The notes under the pieces were generated by a model. The model searched no databases and was not told the DNA's origin. It saw only the letters and a program-made list of their open reading frames with translations. DNA of 64,000 bases from Bacteroidota bacterium. GTDB taxonomy: Bacteria > Bacteroidota > Bacteroidia > Chitinophagales > Chitinophagaceae. Position 1 is the stretch's first letter. Every line of letters starts with the position of its first letter. The stretch is from positions 534 to 64,533 of the forward strand of contig JABDFS010000002.1 of the NCBI GenBank assembly GCA_013286425.1, given 5' to 3'. Below, one piece after another: positions 28,869-38,420 of this stretch. The translations under genes were made by a program, and so were the position numbers.

Positions 28869-29555
28869 TCATAGTTCGTAAAGACCTGAGCTAAGTTTTA
28901 CAATTTCTTTTGACTTGAATTGTCCGTATTCCCAAGTTGGCTCGTCAAATTTTTTATACTCTTTCAATGCTTTTGTGTTAATGTTTAGTTTCCAGATGAG
29001 TTTGTTACCCATATCGCATACAAAAACAAAGTCACCAAATGTTCTTACTTGTTCTGGATGGTCAAAGGTGTCGGGGTTTTCAAAGTCACCACCAATTCTG
29101 AACAACTCTTCCTGTGTGTCAAGTGAAAATTGTCCGATGTAATGTGATGTCGGTTGAGCAATCCAAAGGTTCCCATTCTTGTCAAGTGCAATACTATAGG
29201 TTATGTCAAAGCCTGTTTGGAAATGTCCAATATTATATTCTTTGATTTTGTTTCCGTCAATGTCGTGGCGAATAATTGTTGAGTCGTGAAAGATGCAAGT
29301 CAAATACTCGCCGTTGTTAAGTTGTATGCACTCTGTATATGCTGATTCAAGTGTCCGCCAAGCTTTTCCAAACTTAATATTTGTGTATTCGTCTTTGCCA
29401 ATTTCTGAAAAAATATCCAAGTCCGTTTTGAAAAACTTATCATTATTTTTTTCGTCACGGTCAATAAAAAACATGAAGTCGCCGCTACAAAAAAAGTCAA
29501 ACCCTTTCTTAGAAATCAATTTCATAGTTGTTTTTGTGTCGGCTGATGTTTGCAT
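28869..29555 (-). CDS. Hypothetical protein with NHL/beta-propeller-like repeats
   Basis: SIALDKNGNLWIA; FDHPEQV..VFVCDMGN. Confidence 0.7.
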   Translation of the reverse strand: MQTSADTKTTMKLISKKGFDFFCSGDFMFFIDRDEKNNDKFFKTDLDIFSEIGKDEYTNIKFGKAWRTLESAYTECIQLNNGEYLTCIFHDSTIIRHDIDGNKIKEYNIGHFQTGFDITYSIALDKNGNLWIAQPTSHYIGQFSLDTQEELFRIGGDFENPDTFDHPEQVRTFGDFVFVCDMGNKLIWKLNINTKALKEYKKFDEPTWEYGQFKSKEIVKLSSGLYEL

Positions 29556-29569
29556 GTCACCAATTTATG

Positions 29570-29711
29570 GCCGCTAATGGCTCGCTGCTTGCCAAAGTAG
29601 CGGCATTAGTATTCCATCGATTCAAATATTTTAGTTCTATCGTTCAATAGAATTCCTGTTATTGATTAACTTGAGTCAGCCGCTATTTTGGCAAGCACTG
29701 TGTTGCGTGCA
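29570..29711 (-). repeat. attC-like hairpin (142 bp)
   Basis: GCCGCTAAT..; TGCTTGCCAAAGTAGCGGC (29586-29604) / GCCGCTATTTTGGCAAGCA (29679-29697), 18/19; ..GTTGCGTGCA. Confidence 0.75.
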
Positions 29712-29726
29712 TTTCCTTAAACCCGC

Positions 29727-30302
29727 TTATTCTTTTTGCTTCCCCAAGTGAATTTGAAAACCGATGCCCATACGAAAGCTATTTGCAGCTAAAGTATCTT
29801 CCAGGCCGTTGGGTAGTGAATGGTTATAACCAAACGTTAATTCCAAGGACGTATGTGAGTTTAAAAACAAAACAGGTCCGCCTTTAACATCGATGACTTT
29901 GCTATGCCAGGTTTCAGTTTGAAAAAAGGGATCATTAACTTTATACTTCCCCCAGGAGTAACCATAACCGCCATCTACAAAAAAGTTGATTTTTTGTTCA
30001 GGTGAAATTAAATAATAACGTACAAAAGGTAAAAATTGAATAAAAGTATTGGAAGCCTTCCCGTTTCCGCTAGAATGATTTAAATCAAATCCAGCTCTTA
30101 AGCCTCCTGTTAATCGATTTATGAAAAAGTAGCCGCCGTTAGCTGACAGCGTAAGATCGGATATTTTACTTGAATAATATTTATAGGAGTTAAACTCTGC
30201 GTTTCCACCAATTAACCATTGCCCTTTATAAATCTGCGAAAAGCCGGGTAGGGACAATTCAACAAGAATCAATATTAGCAGCGTTGATATGATATGCTTC
30301 AC
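29727..30302 (-). CDS. Outer membrane beta-barrel protein
   Basis: Likely GTG start at 30302 giving a signal peptide; KGQWLIGG, GYFF, PFVRYY, terminal GIGFQIHL strand. Confidence 0.82.
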   Translation of the reverse strand: MKHIISTLLILILVELSLPGFSQIYKGQWLIGGNAEFNSYKYYSSKISDLTLSANGGYFFINRLTGGLRAGFDLNHSSGNGKASNTFIQFLPFVRYYLISPEQKINFFVDGGYGYSWGKYKVNDPFFQTETWHSKVIDVKGGPVLFLNSHTSLELTFGYNHSLPNGLEDTLAANSFRMGIGFQIHLGKQKE

Positions 30303-30333
30303 ACTAAATTGATTTACAAAAATCGGAGTTCTT

Positions 30334-30537
30334 TGCACACAACGTTTACGCATTTGTGAAGGCATGCCAATAGCAATTGGTCAGCCTGGTACAAATGCTT
30401 AATTGAAAAACTAATGTTGAAGATAATTACAAATGTTTAATAACATAATGTCGGCTTGAACAAAAGATGATAAAAATTACTGCAGCATAAGTGTGGTTAA
30501 TTAAACCATGCTTTTACACATGCATTTGTTGGCAGTT
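30334..30537 (-). repeat. attC-like hairpin (204 bp)
   Basis: TGCACACAAC..; GCATTTGTGAAGGCATG / CATGCTTTTACACATGC (30507-30523), 14/17; ..GTTGGCAGTT 2 nt from the stop codon. Confidence 0.72.
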
Positions 30538-30539
30538 GT

Positions 30540-30923
30540 CTATTCCTGAAATAATCGCCCATAAAATGTCCTGATGATCATGCAATCACCCCTTTCATCT
30601 AATGGGATAATAGAAGCCTTCGTTGTCATCTTTTTATTTGGCAATAATTTGACTTTACAATTTTGAATCATTCTTTTTGTTGTGTCGCATAATTGAAGTA
30701 CGCGAATAGTGTCACCTGTAATTGTTTTTATTATAGATAAAGAAGCTGAGATTAAATATCCACAATCTGCAACTGGCAAAAAATATAATAATTGTCCTTG
30801 TATAGCTGTGTCAGTAATTAAATATTTCCAACGACTTCTACAATTAAAAGCTTTTGAAGTCACTTGCCCAGAAGAAAAGAAATGAAAAAAAATTAAAGAT
30901 GTAATGATTATTATTTTTTTCAT
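30540..30923 (-). CDS. Small secreted hypothetical protein
   Basis: MKKIII signal peptide; Cys-containing; no family recognised. Confidence 0.7.
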   Translation of the reverse strand: MKKIIIITSLIFFHFFSSGQVTSKAFNCRSRWKYLITDTAIQGQLLYFLPVADCGYLISASLSIIKTITGDTIRVLQLCDTTKRMIQNCKVKLLPNKKMTTKASIIPLDERGDCMIIRTFYGRLFQE

Positions 30924-31151
30924 ATTAAAGTGTGTCCAAAAATAACTGCTTACGCAAATATTTATATTATTAAACGCAGCTCCAAATAAAAATTCGCACC
31001 CTTAAAATCGACCGGTTTGCATTCTCCGGTTTAGATTGTTAGTGTTATAATCCGATCTTTCAAATTTATTATTTACCGCCCTTATTGTTTTGTTACTGCC
31101 ATTCACACTATCATCCGTCCCACCCACACTATCCCGAACGCGCTGCTATTA

Positions 31152-31173
31152 CTCCCCTTCAGGGGTTGGGGGC
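31152..31173 (+). repeat. REP-like CCCCTTCAGGGG repeat (family B)
   Basis: CTCCCCTTCAGGGGTTGGGGGC; degenerate copies at 14881-14902, 17051-17073, 33647-33668. Confidence 0.7.
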
Positions 31174-31326
31174 ATAAACTGCACAAAGCCCTTAATGTCG
31201 CTGGTGTTCCTGCAATTTTAAACCTGCTTTACTTAAAGGGACTCAGGGGGCTTTAGCGACTGCCCTTTCATCACAACATTGAAGGCATACAAGCAGGTAA
31301 TTAAAAGATACCAGGTTCATGTTTTT

Positions 31327-31433
31327 TACGATAAAACTTCGATATATATTCGATGTTTCTTCGATCCAATTGATCGAAGTTATATCGAAGTTATATCGAA
31401 GAAACATCGAAGTTATATCGAAGAAATGAGTTC
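31327..31433. repeat. Palindromic array of 11-bp phased repeats, copy 1
   Basis: 3 T(T/A)CGATnnnnn units, centre TTCGATCCAATTGATCGAA, 4 GTTATATCGAA-type units. Confidence 0.95.
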
Positions 31434-31673
31434 ACAAATATGAGTTGCCTTATATTGTCTTACCAAGGTACCCGGCTTGTCTTTTACTGAAAACACCTCT
31501 ATAAATACAGGGTTTGTCTTATAAGGCCGGCAGGGCTTCATTATTGAAATCCGCACTTGTGTATACCCGTTAAGGCAAAAAGCTATGTAACGGGTCTGGT
31601 TGAGTTCTGTATATTTGAACCGGTAGCATCAACTTTAAGCGTTGAATCTGCAAGCAATTTATTTAGCACTAAA

Positions 31674-32045
31674 ATGAAATTAATATTAGCCATCGGCGCA
31701 GGAAGCTTTATCGGGGGTATTTGCCGTTACCTGCTTACCCAGTTCATACAAGCCAGATTTCTTTCAACGTTTCCTTTTGGCACTTTGGGTGTGAACATCA
31801 TCGGTTGCCTTGTTATCGGCCTCATATATGGGCTTAGCGACAAAGGCAGCCTTACACAAGACTGGCGGTTGTTTCTTGCTACAGGCGTATGTGGCGGCTT
31901 TACTACTTTTTCTGCATTTTCCAATGAAACATTCCTAATGCTCCGCAACGGGCAATATGCGTATGCATTTATTTATGTTGCCGCAAGCGTAGTGCTTGGA
32001 CTCCTTGCAACATTTGGCGGCTATTCAATCATCAAATTATTTTAA
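31674..32045 (+). CDS. crcB: Fluoride channel Fluc/CrcB
   Basis: GGICRY, FPFGTLGVN, GVCGGFTTFSAFS; start MKLIL at 31674; TATATTTG promoter-like element at 31610-31617. Confidence 0.95.
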   Translation: MKLILAIGAGSFIGGICRYLLTQFIQARFLSTFPFGTLGVNIIGCLVIGLIYGLSDKGSLTQDWRLFLATGVCGGFTTFSAFSNETFLMLRNGQYAYAFIYVAASVVLGLLATFGGYSIIKLF

Positions 32046-32184
32046 TTAAGGTGAACCCGGAATAAAAAGGTAAAACATTGCAGCCGATTGTACCCTGGCA
32101 GCAATTTACACCGCCCAGTCGATCCGCCTGATGAGGCGGATAGGCATCCCTTAAAGTTTTATAATCCGCAAAACTTGTTCAATC

Positions 32185-33570
32185 TTATTTATAAGATTCA
32201 ATTTTCTCCCACACAAATTTTGCAAAGCCTTCAAGGCCCGGGTCTCTTGCGCCCATCAGTAATACTGCGCAATCAGGTGCCAGGTGCGATTGTACAGCAT
32301 CAGGAAAATCTGCACGGTGCTCAACAAAGAATGCATTTTTATTCAATGCTTTTAAATCGTTGATAAGATCATTGGCTGAAATATCTTTTAATGCAGTGCC
32401 TCCTGCATAAAATATTTCACTCATCCATATTTCATCCTCATTACGCAGAGCTGCTGCAATTTCTTTCACATAATCAGCGCGTAAAAACCTTGTAGGTGCA
32501 TAACCGTGCGGTTGAAACCATGCGATCAGTTTTGCCGCAACGGGCTGACAAGCTCTTATACTTGCAGCGCATTTTGCAGGGTTATGTGCGAAGTCATCAA
32601 TCAATGTAATTCCGTCTTTTATACCTATCAATTGATGCCTGCGGTAAATGCCTTCATACTGTTGCAATGCCTCTGCACATGTGTTCAGATCAACACCAAT
32701 AAAATTGGCTGCAGCAATTGCAGCTAATGCATTTTCTGCATTGTGTTTTCCGGGTGCATGTAAAGTGAAAGTTGTTTCTTTTACATTAAATGAAATAACA
32801 AATCCATCCTGCTTAAAATTGTTTGCACAATAACCGGCATTGTTGTTTTCATCAAATGAAAAATCAAGTTGCTTATTTAATGAAAGCGTTGCTGCCAGTT
32901 TATTATCTGCGTTTACAATAAATGTTTTGCTGTTTTGTTTGAATTGAATAAAGAGATTTATCAATTCATCAATGTCTTTATGATCTTTATCAACATTCAG
33001 CAAAATGCCTATCTCCGGTTTGTATTGAACAATGCTGCCGTCGCTTTCATCAGCTTCAATTATCAGCCACTCTCCTGATCCTACCTGCGCATTACCAATT
33101 TTATTTTGTTTTATTAAACGTGTTAAGCCTGCGCCGCTGATCAATCCCGGCTGCAATCCGGCATGGTCAAGTATCTCAAACAACATAGCTACTGTTGTGC
33201 TTTTGCCGGAAGTGCCGCCCACTGCAATTGTTTTTTTGCTTTGTGAGATCAGCGCGAGCAATTCACTTCTTTTAATGATCGGGATATTTAATTGTTTTGC
33301 TTTTTGTACTTCAACAACTGTGTCTTCAATAGCTGTTGAAACAATAACGAGTTCCGTTGATGCAGTAACACCTTCGCCTGTTTGTTCAAAACAAATTATT
33401 CCTTCTGCTTCTAATTTATCTTTTGTTTCATTGAATTCATTTGGTTTAAAATAACGGTCGCTGCCGCTTACATTCTTACCAATGCCTTTTAAATATTGTG
33501 CCAACGCGCTCATGCCTGTGCCTGCTACTCCAATAAAAAAAATGTTTTGAAAATCTTTAAGTGTGATCAT
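32185..33570 (-). CDS. MurC/Mpl-like Mur ligase
   Basis: FIGVAGTGMSALA, GSD, GTSGKSTT, EADESDG, DDFAHNP, FQPHGY. Confidence 0.88.
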   Translation of the reverse strand: MITLKDFQNIFFIGVAGTGMSALAQYLKGIGKNVSGSDRYFKPNEFNETKDKLEAEGIICFEQTGEGVTASTELVIVSTAIEDTVVEVQKAKQLNIPIIKRSELLALISQSKKTIAVGGTSGKSTTVAMLFEILDHAGLQPGLISGAGLTRLIKQNKIGNAQVGSGEWLIIEADESDGSIVQYKPEIGILLNVDKDHKDIDELINLFIQFKQNSKTFIVNADNKLAATLSLNKQLDFSFDENNNAGYCANNFKQDGFVISFNVKETTFTLHAPGKHNAENALAAIAAANFIGVDLNTCAEALQQYEGIYRRHQLIGIKDGITLIDDFAHNPAKCAASIRACQPVAAKLIAWFQPHGYAPTRFLRADYVKEIAAALRNEDEIWMSEIFYAGGTALKDISANDLINDLKALNKNAFFVEHRADFPDAVQSHLAPDCAVLLMGARDPGLEGFAKFVWEKIESYK

Positions 33571-33652
33571 AAAAAATTAATGCAGGCAATATAATAAACA
33601 GGATGAGGATTTTAAAAGTTGTTTCTATTTTAAAGCATATTATAAAACTCCC

Positions 33653-36600
33653 CTAGGAGCCCGTGGGCACCAGCGGCAACTTTACATAAAATGTACTGCC
33701 TTTTCCAACGGCAGTGGTAAACCATATTTCTCCTGCTGCATTTTCAATAATTGCGTTACAAATAGCAAGCCCCAGGCCTGTACCTGATGATTTGGTTGTA
33801 AAGTTTGGATTGAAAATCTTTGATTGAAGCGATTGCGGTATTCCGCTTCCATTGTCAGACACAGAAACAGTTATATGATACCGCCCGACAAAAGATCCTA
33901 TTTTAATTTCAGCAATTTTAGATTCATCTGATGCTTCAATTGCATTTTTAATAAGATTGGTAAAAAGGCGGTTTACCTGTGCTTTATCTAAAAACACTTC
34001 AGTATGGCTATTTGTTGGTGCATACACAATGGAAAGATGTTCATCCGTTTTATACAGATTAACGAGGCTTGAAATAAGCTCATTAATGTCGAAACGTTCA
34101 GGCGTTGTGTTCTGAATATTTGCGAACTGAGAGAAATCTCCTGCGATCTTTGAAAGCTGGTCTATCTGTTCTACTAAAGTTGAAGCAAGCTTCTTTGAAA
34201 GCTCAACTGCATTGGGTGTATTTTCTTCCATAGAGCGCTGCAAATATTGAAGGCTTAGCTTCATCGGCGTTAACGGGTTTTTTATTTCGTGTGCAACCTG
34301 TCTTGCCATTTCGCGCCATGCGCCTTCACGTTCACTCTTTGCAAGCGTTTCCGCACTTCTTTCCAATTGCTTCACCATTTTATTGTATTCAGTTACCAGC
34401 ATGCCTATTTCATCGTTACGGCTCCATTGTATTTCTTCATTGGAGCTTCCGATTTTTATTTGCTTCATTTTACCACCGATCAGTTCAAGCGACGAAGTGA
34501 TGCGCCCTGTTAAAGCAACCGCGATAGCACCTGCAAAAATGAAACTAAGCGCATTCAATATAATGAGTGTTACCAGGAAGCCGGATATCTCGTCATGCAG
34601 TTCATTCTCTGCACTCAGCGAAGGGATATTCAGATACGCCACTGTTTCATCTCTATCGTCTTTAACCGGCGTATAAATACTTTGAAAAGAGAAGTTGCCT
34701 ATTTTTTCTGTATTCACAAAGCGTGTGCCTTTGTTGTAGCGCAATTCGTAATACGCCTTAGGATCCATATGGCTGCTGATCACACCACGTGTATATAAAT
34801 AAGGTTGAGAGGTAGCAAGCAAATCACCACTTGTAGCATAAAAATTAATGTCAACATTATGCATGGTTGCAATGCCTGTTATCTTTTTTTGAAAACTGTT
34901 TTCACTATCGGTGTTGGCAATATCAGCTATATCTGCAGGTATTATTTCAGAGGCAAGCGCCTGTTCAATTTCGCTGGAAATTATCTGCGAATTATTTATA
35001 AGTTGTGTAGTTGTGTTCTTACCAAACCGGAATATGAAAAAAGAAATTGTTGCAATACCAATGATCAAAAAGGATAAGATGCTTACGCCGATTATAGTTG
35101 CCTGTATCTGCGATCGTATGTTTACCCGGAATATATTTCTGAAACTGAACTTAGTATTTTTATTGTCTAATACACGGCGGCCCTGCCGTACCGTAAAAGC
35201 AAGTACAATAAATAAAACAAAGAGGTAAGAAAACAGTGTGATGAAATTAGAAAAGCCATCATTTTTTTTGGCGATGATAAACAGCTTATTATTGCCTGCA
35301 TTATACCAAAGCTGGTTATAACTAAGCGAATCACGAAAATAATAACCTGTCTTCGGAATTTGATTTACACTTACTGAATCTGAGAAATTAAACCAACCGA
35401 TGCTGCTTACCAGTTTCCTGTTATCATATGTACCAAACATATAGCCGCTGCCCGCAGAAAGAATATCGTTATCCTGTTTAAATAACTCGGGAACAAGCGC
35501 TGTATTCTCATATACCCGTGGTTGTATCAATACAAATACAGAACCGCGGTACTCGCCATCGTTCATAACTTTTTTTGAATAGATATAATTGTAATTGCCG
35601 GGCCTGTTACGATAAAAATATAAACCAGGCATTGTAGCAGCTTTGCACTTGTTCACTATTACGGAATTGATAACATCGTAGCTTGTAGAATCTACATTAT
35701 ATAAACCTGTATTGCTGCTGTCAAAGACATAAATCCTGGTAGTGTATTTATTAAGATAGGCGCCCAGGTTGTTGGCAATAAGACTGTCTTTAATAATGAT
35801 GTTAGCTTCCGGATTATTAAAGCGATAGAAATTATTTTTTAAAAACTCATCTGAAAAATTGTTTACCGCCATACGTACCAGGTAGGTGCCTGTAGAGTCC
35901 GCCTGTTCCTGCATTTCTTTTGCTTTCTGAAGCCTTGACTCTTTTTCTTTTATATTATACTGATAAGTTATAAGCAACGATGCAAGTGCTGTTACCAATA
36001 TAGACCAGAAAATAAAATAAGCTGAGCTTACAAGCGAACCGGCTGAAGGATTATCACGCCGTTTTATAAAAGAAACTACAAAAACAAGAAGTACAACAAT
36101 AACAAGCAATACAATTGAATCAGCTAAAAAAATGTGTAGTGAAATTAAAAGCAGGCTTGCAATCATCATTAAGATAATTTGCCAGAAAAAAGAGATCTGT
36201 GTTGCATTTATAAGCTGTACAAAGAATCCTGTTAAATAAATCCACATGTACAGTAATATGCAAATGATAATAAAGCCTGTGATGGAAAAACCTGTGAGTG
36301 AAAAAAAGTCGGCTGCGTTAAAACTTATTTTTGATCGTAATACAAGCCCGCTTATAACATCCGTTACATAAAAACTAATTAATGGAATAATTATAAGTGC
36401 CGCATATCCTGCAAAGCTGTACAAAATCCTACGCTTCTTAAATAAGTTGACTATATAACTGTTAGCACTTCTTCTAAAAAACAATAATATCCACAAACCA
36501 AGCAATGAATTAATAAAAAGATCGCCTAATGAACAGTTAATAGCTCCGCCGTAATAAATCTTAGGATCAAACAAAGGCGAGTTATCTCTGTAGTTGAAAG

Positions 36601-37405
36601 GAAAGGGAAGAAGAAAAACTATCAGCCTTAATATTAGAAAAGAGGCTACCAGTAGCATAAAACCACTTCTGAATTTTTTTTCATTCACTACTGCCGATGC
36701 TACCCTGCTAAAAAAAGTGAGCAGGCATAATAATGCAACAATGCGTAAGAAAACAGAAAAGCCTACCGGTGTATCGCTGTAAGAACGGCTTGTTTCCTTA
36801 ATGCTGAACAACGTATCTCTGTTTGAATTAATAACAGGTGCGCCTTCGTTTGCAAGAGAAATTTCATAGTTATCAGTTATTGCTTCCGTAACAGCAAAAT
36901 GAGAGCTCAGGTATTCATTGTTCATGAAGTACTGCCATCGTACTGGTATCAGTGTAACAAAAAAATATTTTACATCATTTTTAGTGAATGATTTTTTCAC
37001 CAGTTCAAAAACACCGTTCTCATAATTCACCAGGTAATTGCCGTCAGGGTTTAAAAGGTCATCCGCAGCCGGCGACATTTTATTGGTGTTCCAAAACAGT
37101 TCAACAGAGTTTCCAAGATCATTTACCTGGTAAGCAAAAATTCCCTGTGCATCGCTGATGAGTTGTTCTTTTATAAGTGAAGGCCCATCGCTGATGATGG
37201 CATTAACAGAAGCAGAATCATTTACTAAATTTTTAAAAGATTTTTCCTGCCCGTGAATGTATTCACTTAAAATATTGGCAACTTTTTGCGGCGAAGAACT
37301 GTAAGAAAAATAATTGGTGAAGATGAATGAAAGCGTATACACCCATGCCGCAGCAAGAAAAAGCCAGGCATTTTTATTTACCGCATTTTTTATTGTTTTA
37401 ATCAA
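33653..37405 (-). CDS. Large multi-TM sensor histidine kinase (NtrY-like C-terminus)
   Basis: Many TMs, HAMP (DEIGML), AWREMARQVAHEIKNPLTP, DNGSG, GTGLGL. Confidence 0.92.
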   Translation of the reverse strand: MIKTIKNAVNKNAWLFLAAAWVYTLSFIFTNYFSYSSSPQKVANILSEYIHGQEKSFKNLVNDSASVNAIISDGPSLIKEQLISDAQGIFAYQVNDLGNSVELFWNTNKMSPAADDLLNPDGNYLVNYENGVFELVKKSFTKNDVKYFFVTLIPVRWQYFMNNEYLSSHFAVTEAITDNYEISLANEGAPVINSNRDTLFSIKETSRSYSDTPVGFSVFLRIVALLCLLTFFSRVASAVVNEKKFRSGFMLLVASFLILRLIVFLLPFPFNYRDNSPLFDPKIYYGGAINCSLGDLFINSLLGLWILLFFRRSANSYIVNLFKKRRILYSFAGYAALIIIPLISFYVTDVISGLVLRSKISFNAADFFSLTGFSITGFIIICILLYMWIYLTGFFVQLINATQISFFWQIILMMIASLLLISLHIFLADSIVLLVIVVLLVFVVSFIKRRDNPSAGSLVSSAYFIFWSILVTALASLLITYQYNIKEKESRLQKAKEMQEQADSTGTYLVRMAVNNFSDEFLKNNFYRFNNPEANIIIKDSLIANNLGAYLNKYTTRIYVFDSSNTGLYNVDSTSYDVINSVIVNKCKAATMPGLYFYRNRPGNYNYIYSKKVMNDGEYRGSVFVLIQPRVYENTALVPELFKQDNDILSAGSGYMFGTYDNRKLVSSIGWFNFSDSVSVNQIPKTGYYFRDSLSYNQLWYNAGNNKLFIIAKKNDGFSNFITLFSYLFVLFIVLAFTVRQGRRVLDNKNTKFSFRNIFRVNIRSQIQATIIGVSILSFLIIGIATISFFIFRFGKNTTTQLINNSQIISSEIEQALASEIIPADIADIANTDSENSFQKKITGIATMHNVDINFYATSGDLLATSQPYLYTRGVISSHMDPKAYYELRYNKGTRFVNTEKIGNFSFQSIYTPVKDDRDETVAYLNIPSLSAENELHDEISGFLVTLIILNALSFIFAGAIAVALTGRITSSLELIGGKMKQIKIGSSNEEIQWSRNDEIGMLVTEYNKMVKQLERSAETLAKSEREGAWREMARQVAHEIKNPLTPMKLSLQYLQRSMEENTPNAVELSKKLASTLVEQIDQLSKIAGDFSQFANIQNTTPERFDINELISSLVNLYKTDEHLSIVYAPTNSHTEVFLDKAQVNRLFTNLIKNAIEASDESKIAEIKIGSFVGRYHITVSVSDNGSGIPQSLQSKIFNPNFTTKSSGTGLGLAICNAIIENAAGEIWFTTAVGKGSTFYVKLPLVPTGS

Positions 37406-38181
37406 GCAATCCTGTTTTCTTTTTTTACAATATTCCAGATAGCATCCATTTCTTCAAGGCTCATATCATATAAATTTTTGCCGTCACTTTTTGCTATCGC
37501 TTCCATGCGTGTAAAACGGTGAATGAATTTTTTATTCGTTTTTTCCAAAGCATTTTCAGCATCAACATTCAAAAAGCGTGCGTAATTAACAAGGCTGAAA
37601 AGCAGGTCGCCAAACTCCTCTTCTATTTCGTTTTGATCATTGCTTTTAACAGCAGCATGCAACTCATTCATTTCTTCTTCAACCTTCAGCCACACATCTT
37701 CTTTATACTTCCATTCAAAACCAACCTGCTTTGCCTTTTCCTGGATGCGTGTTGCTTTTACAACTGCCGGCAACGAAACAGGCACACCGCTCAACACAGA
37801 TGATTTTCCTTCTCTCAGTTTAATTTTCTCCCAGTTCTTTTTTACGTCTTCATCATCATTTACTTTAACATCGCCATAAATATGCGGATGACGTACAATT
37901 AATTTATTGCAGATTGTTTCAAGTACATCGTTCAGCGTAAACTCATTTTGCTCTTTTGCAATGCGTGCATAAAAAACAATATGCAGTAAAATGTCGCCGA
38001 GTTCTTCTTTCAGTTCATTCCAGTTTTTTTCTGTTATAGCATCAGCAAGTTCATACGTTTCTTCAATCGTCATTTGCCGCAAGGTTTCAATGGTTTGCTT
38101 TTTATCCCATGGACATTTCTCTCTTAGTTCGTCCATAATATTTACCAGCCTTTCAAAATTTTCTTTGTATTCCATCATCAA
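37402..38181 (-). CDS. mazG: Nucleoside triphosphate pyrophosphohydrolase MazG
   Basis: LREKCPWD, EELGDILL, RHPHIY, EEEFGDLLFS; two-domain form. Confidence 0.95.
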   Translation of the reverse strand: MMMEYKENFERLVNIMDELREKCPWDKKQTIETLRQMTIEETYELADAITEKNWNELKEELGDILLHIVFYARIAKEQNEFTLNDVLETICNKLIVRHPHIYGDVKVNDDEDVKKNWEKIKLREGKSSVLSGVPVSLPAVVKATRIQEKAKQVGFEWKYKEDVWLKVEEEMNELHAAVKSNDQNEIEEEFGDLLFSLVNYARFLNVDAENALEKTNKKFIHRFTRMEAIAKSDGKNLYDMSLEEMDAIWNIVKKENRIA

Positions 38182-38420
38182 CTTTATTAGTAAATAAGAG
38201 CATTGATTTTTAAAATATTTATTGGTCGCGGACTTTTCACGCTTAACGATTCACGTTTCACGCTCTTCATCTCCGGTTTCTTTTTCAAGCTTCTAACAAT
38301 TATTTGAAACAGCTTCTGATAAACGTTTAAAAATTTTCACTAAAAATACACAAGGCATTTTAAGCAGCAATATATACCTTGCCGCACTTTTTACGTTACA
38401 GGTAAACCAAGAGAATCATT

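Larger units (their letters stand above)
26595..30953 (-). mobile_element. Integron-like gene cassette array without integrase (attC-like hairpins between genes)
   Basis: Four co-oriented units separated by AAC...GTT-bounded imperfect palindromes; unit ends are mutually complementary. Confidence 0.6.

Noticed and set aside
30303-30365. ORF-track start of the beta-barrel gene at 30365
   Set aside because: The extension runs through the attC-like core; GTG at 30302 gives a proper signal peptide.
30944-30975. dif/XerCD-like site at the head of the cassette array (CTTACGCAAATATTTATATTATTAAAC)
   Set aside because: Aligning it to the dif consensus needs indels in AT-rich sequence; too weak to call, though worth rechecking if the cassette recombinase proves Xer-like.
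31327-31433. 11-bp arrays (also 52276-52393) as CRISPR
   Set aside because: Units are too short, there are no unique spacers, the arrays are mirror-symmetric and no cas genes are present.
25456-31673. Integrase or transposase serving the array or the direct repeats
   Set aside because: No ORF with tyrosine recombinase, DDE or HUH motifs was recognised here or elsewhere in the window.
32121-32141. ATCCGCCTGATGAGGCGGAT hairpin as a hammerhead ribozyme (contains CTGATGA) or riboswitch
   Set aside because: CTGATGA lies in the stem-loop of a simple hairpin and there is no matching GAAA core; it more likely acts as a REP or terminator between convergent genes.
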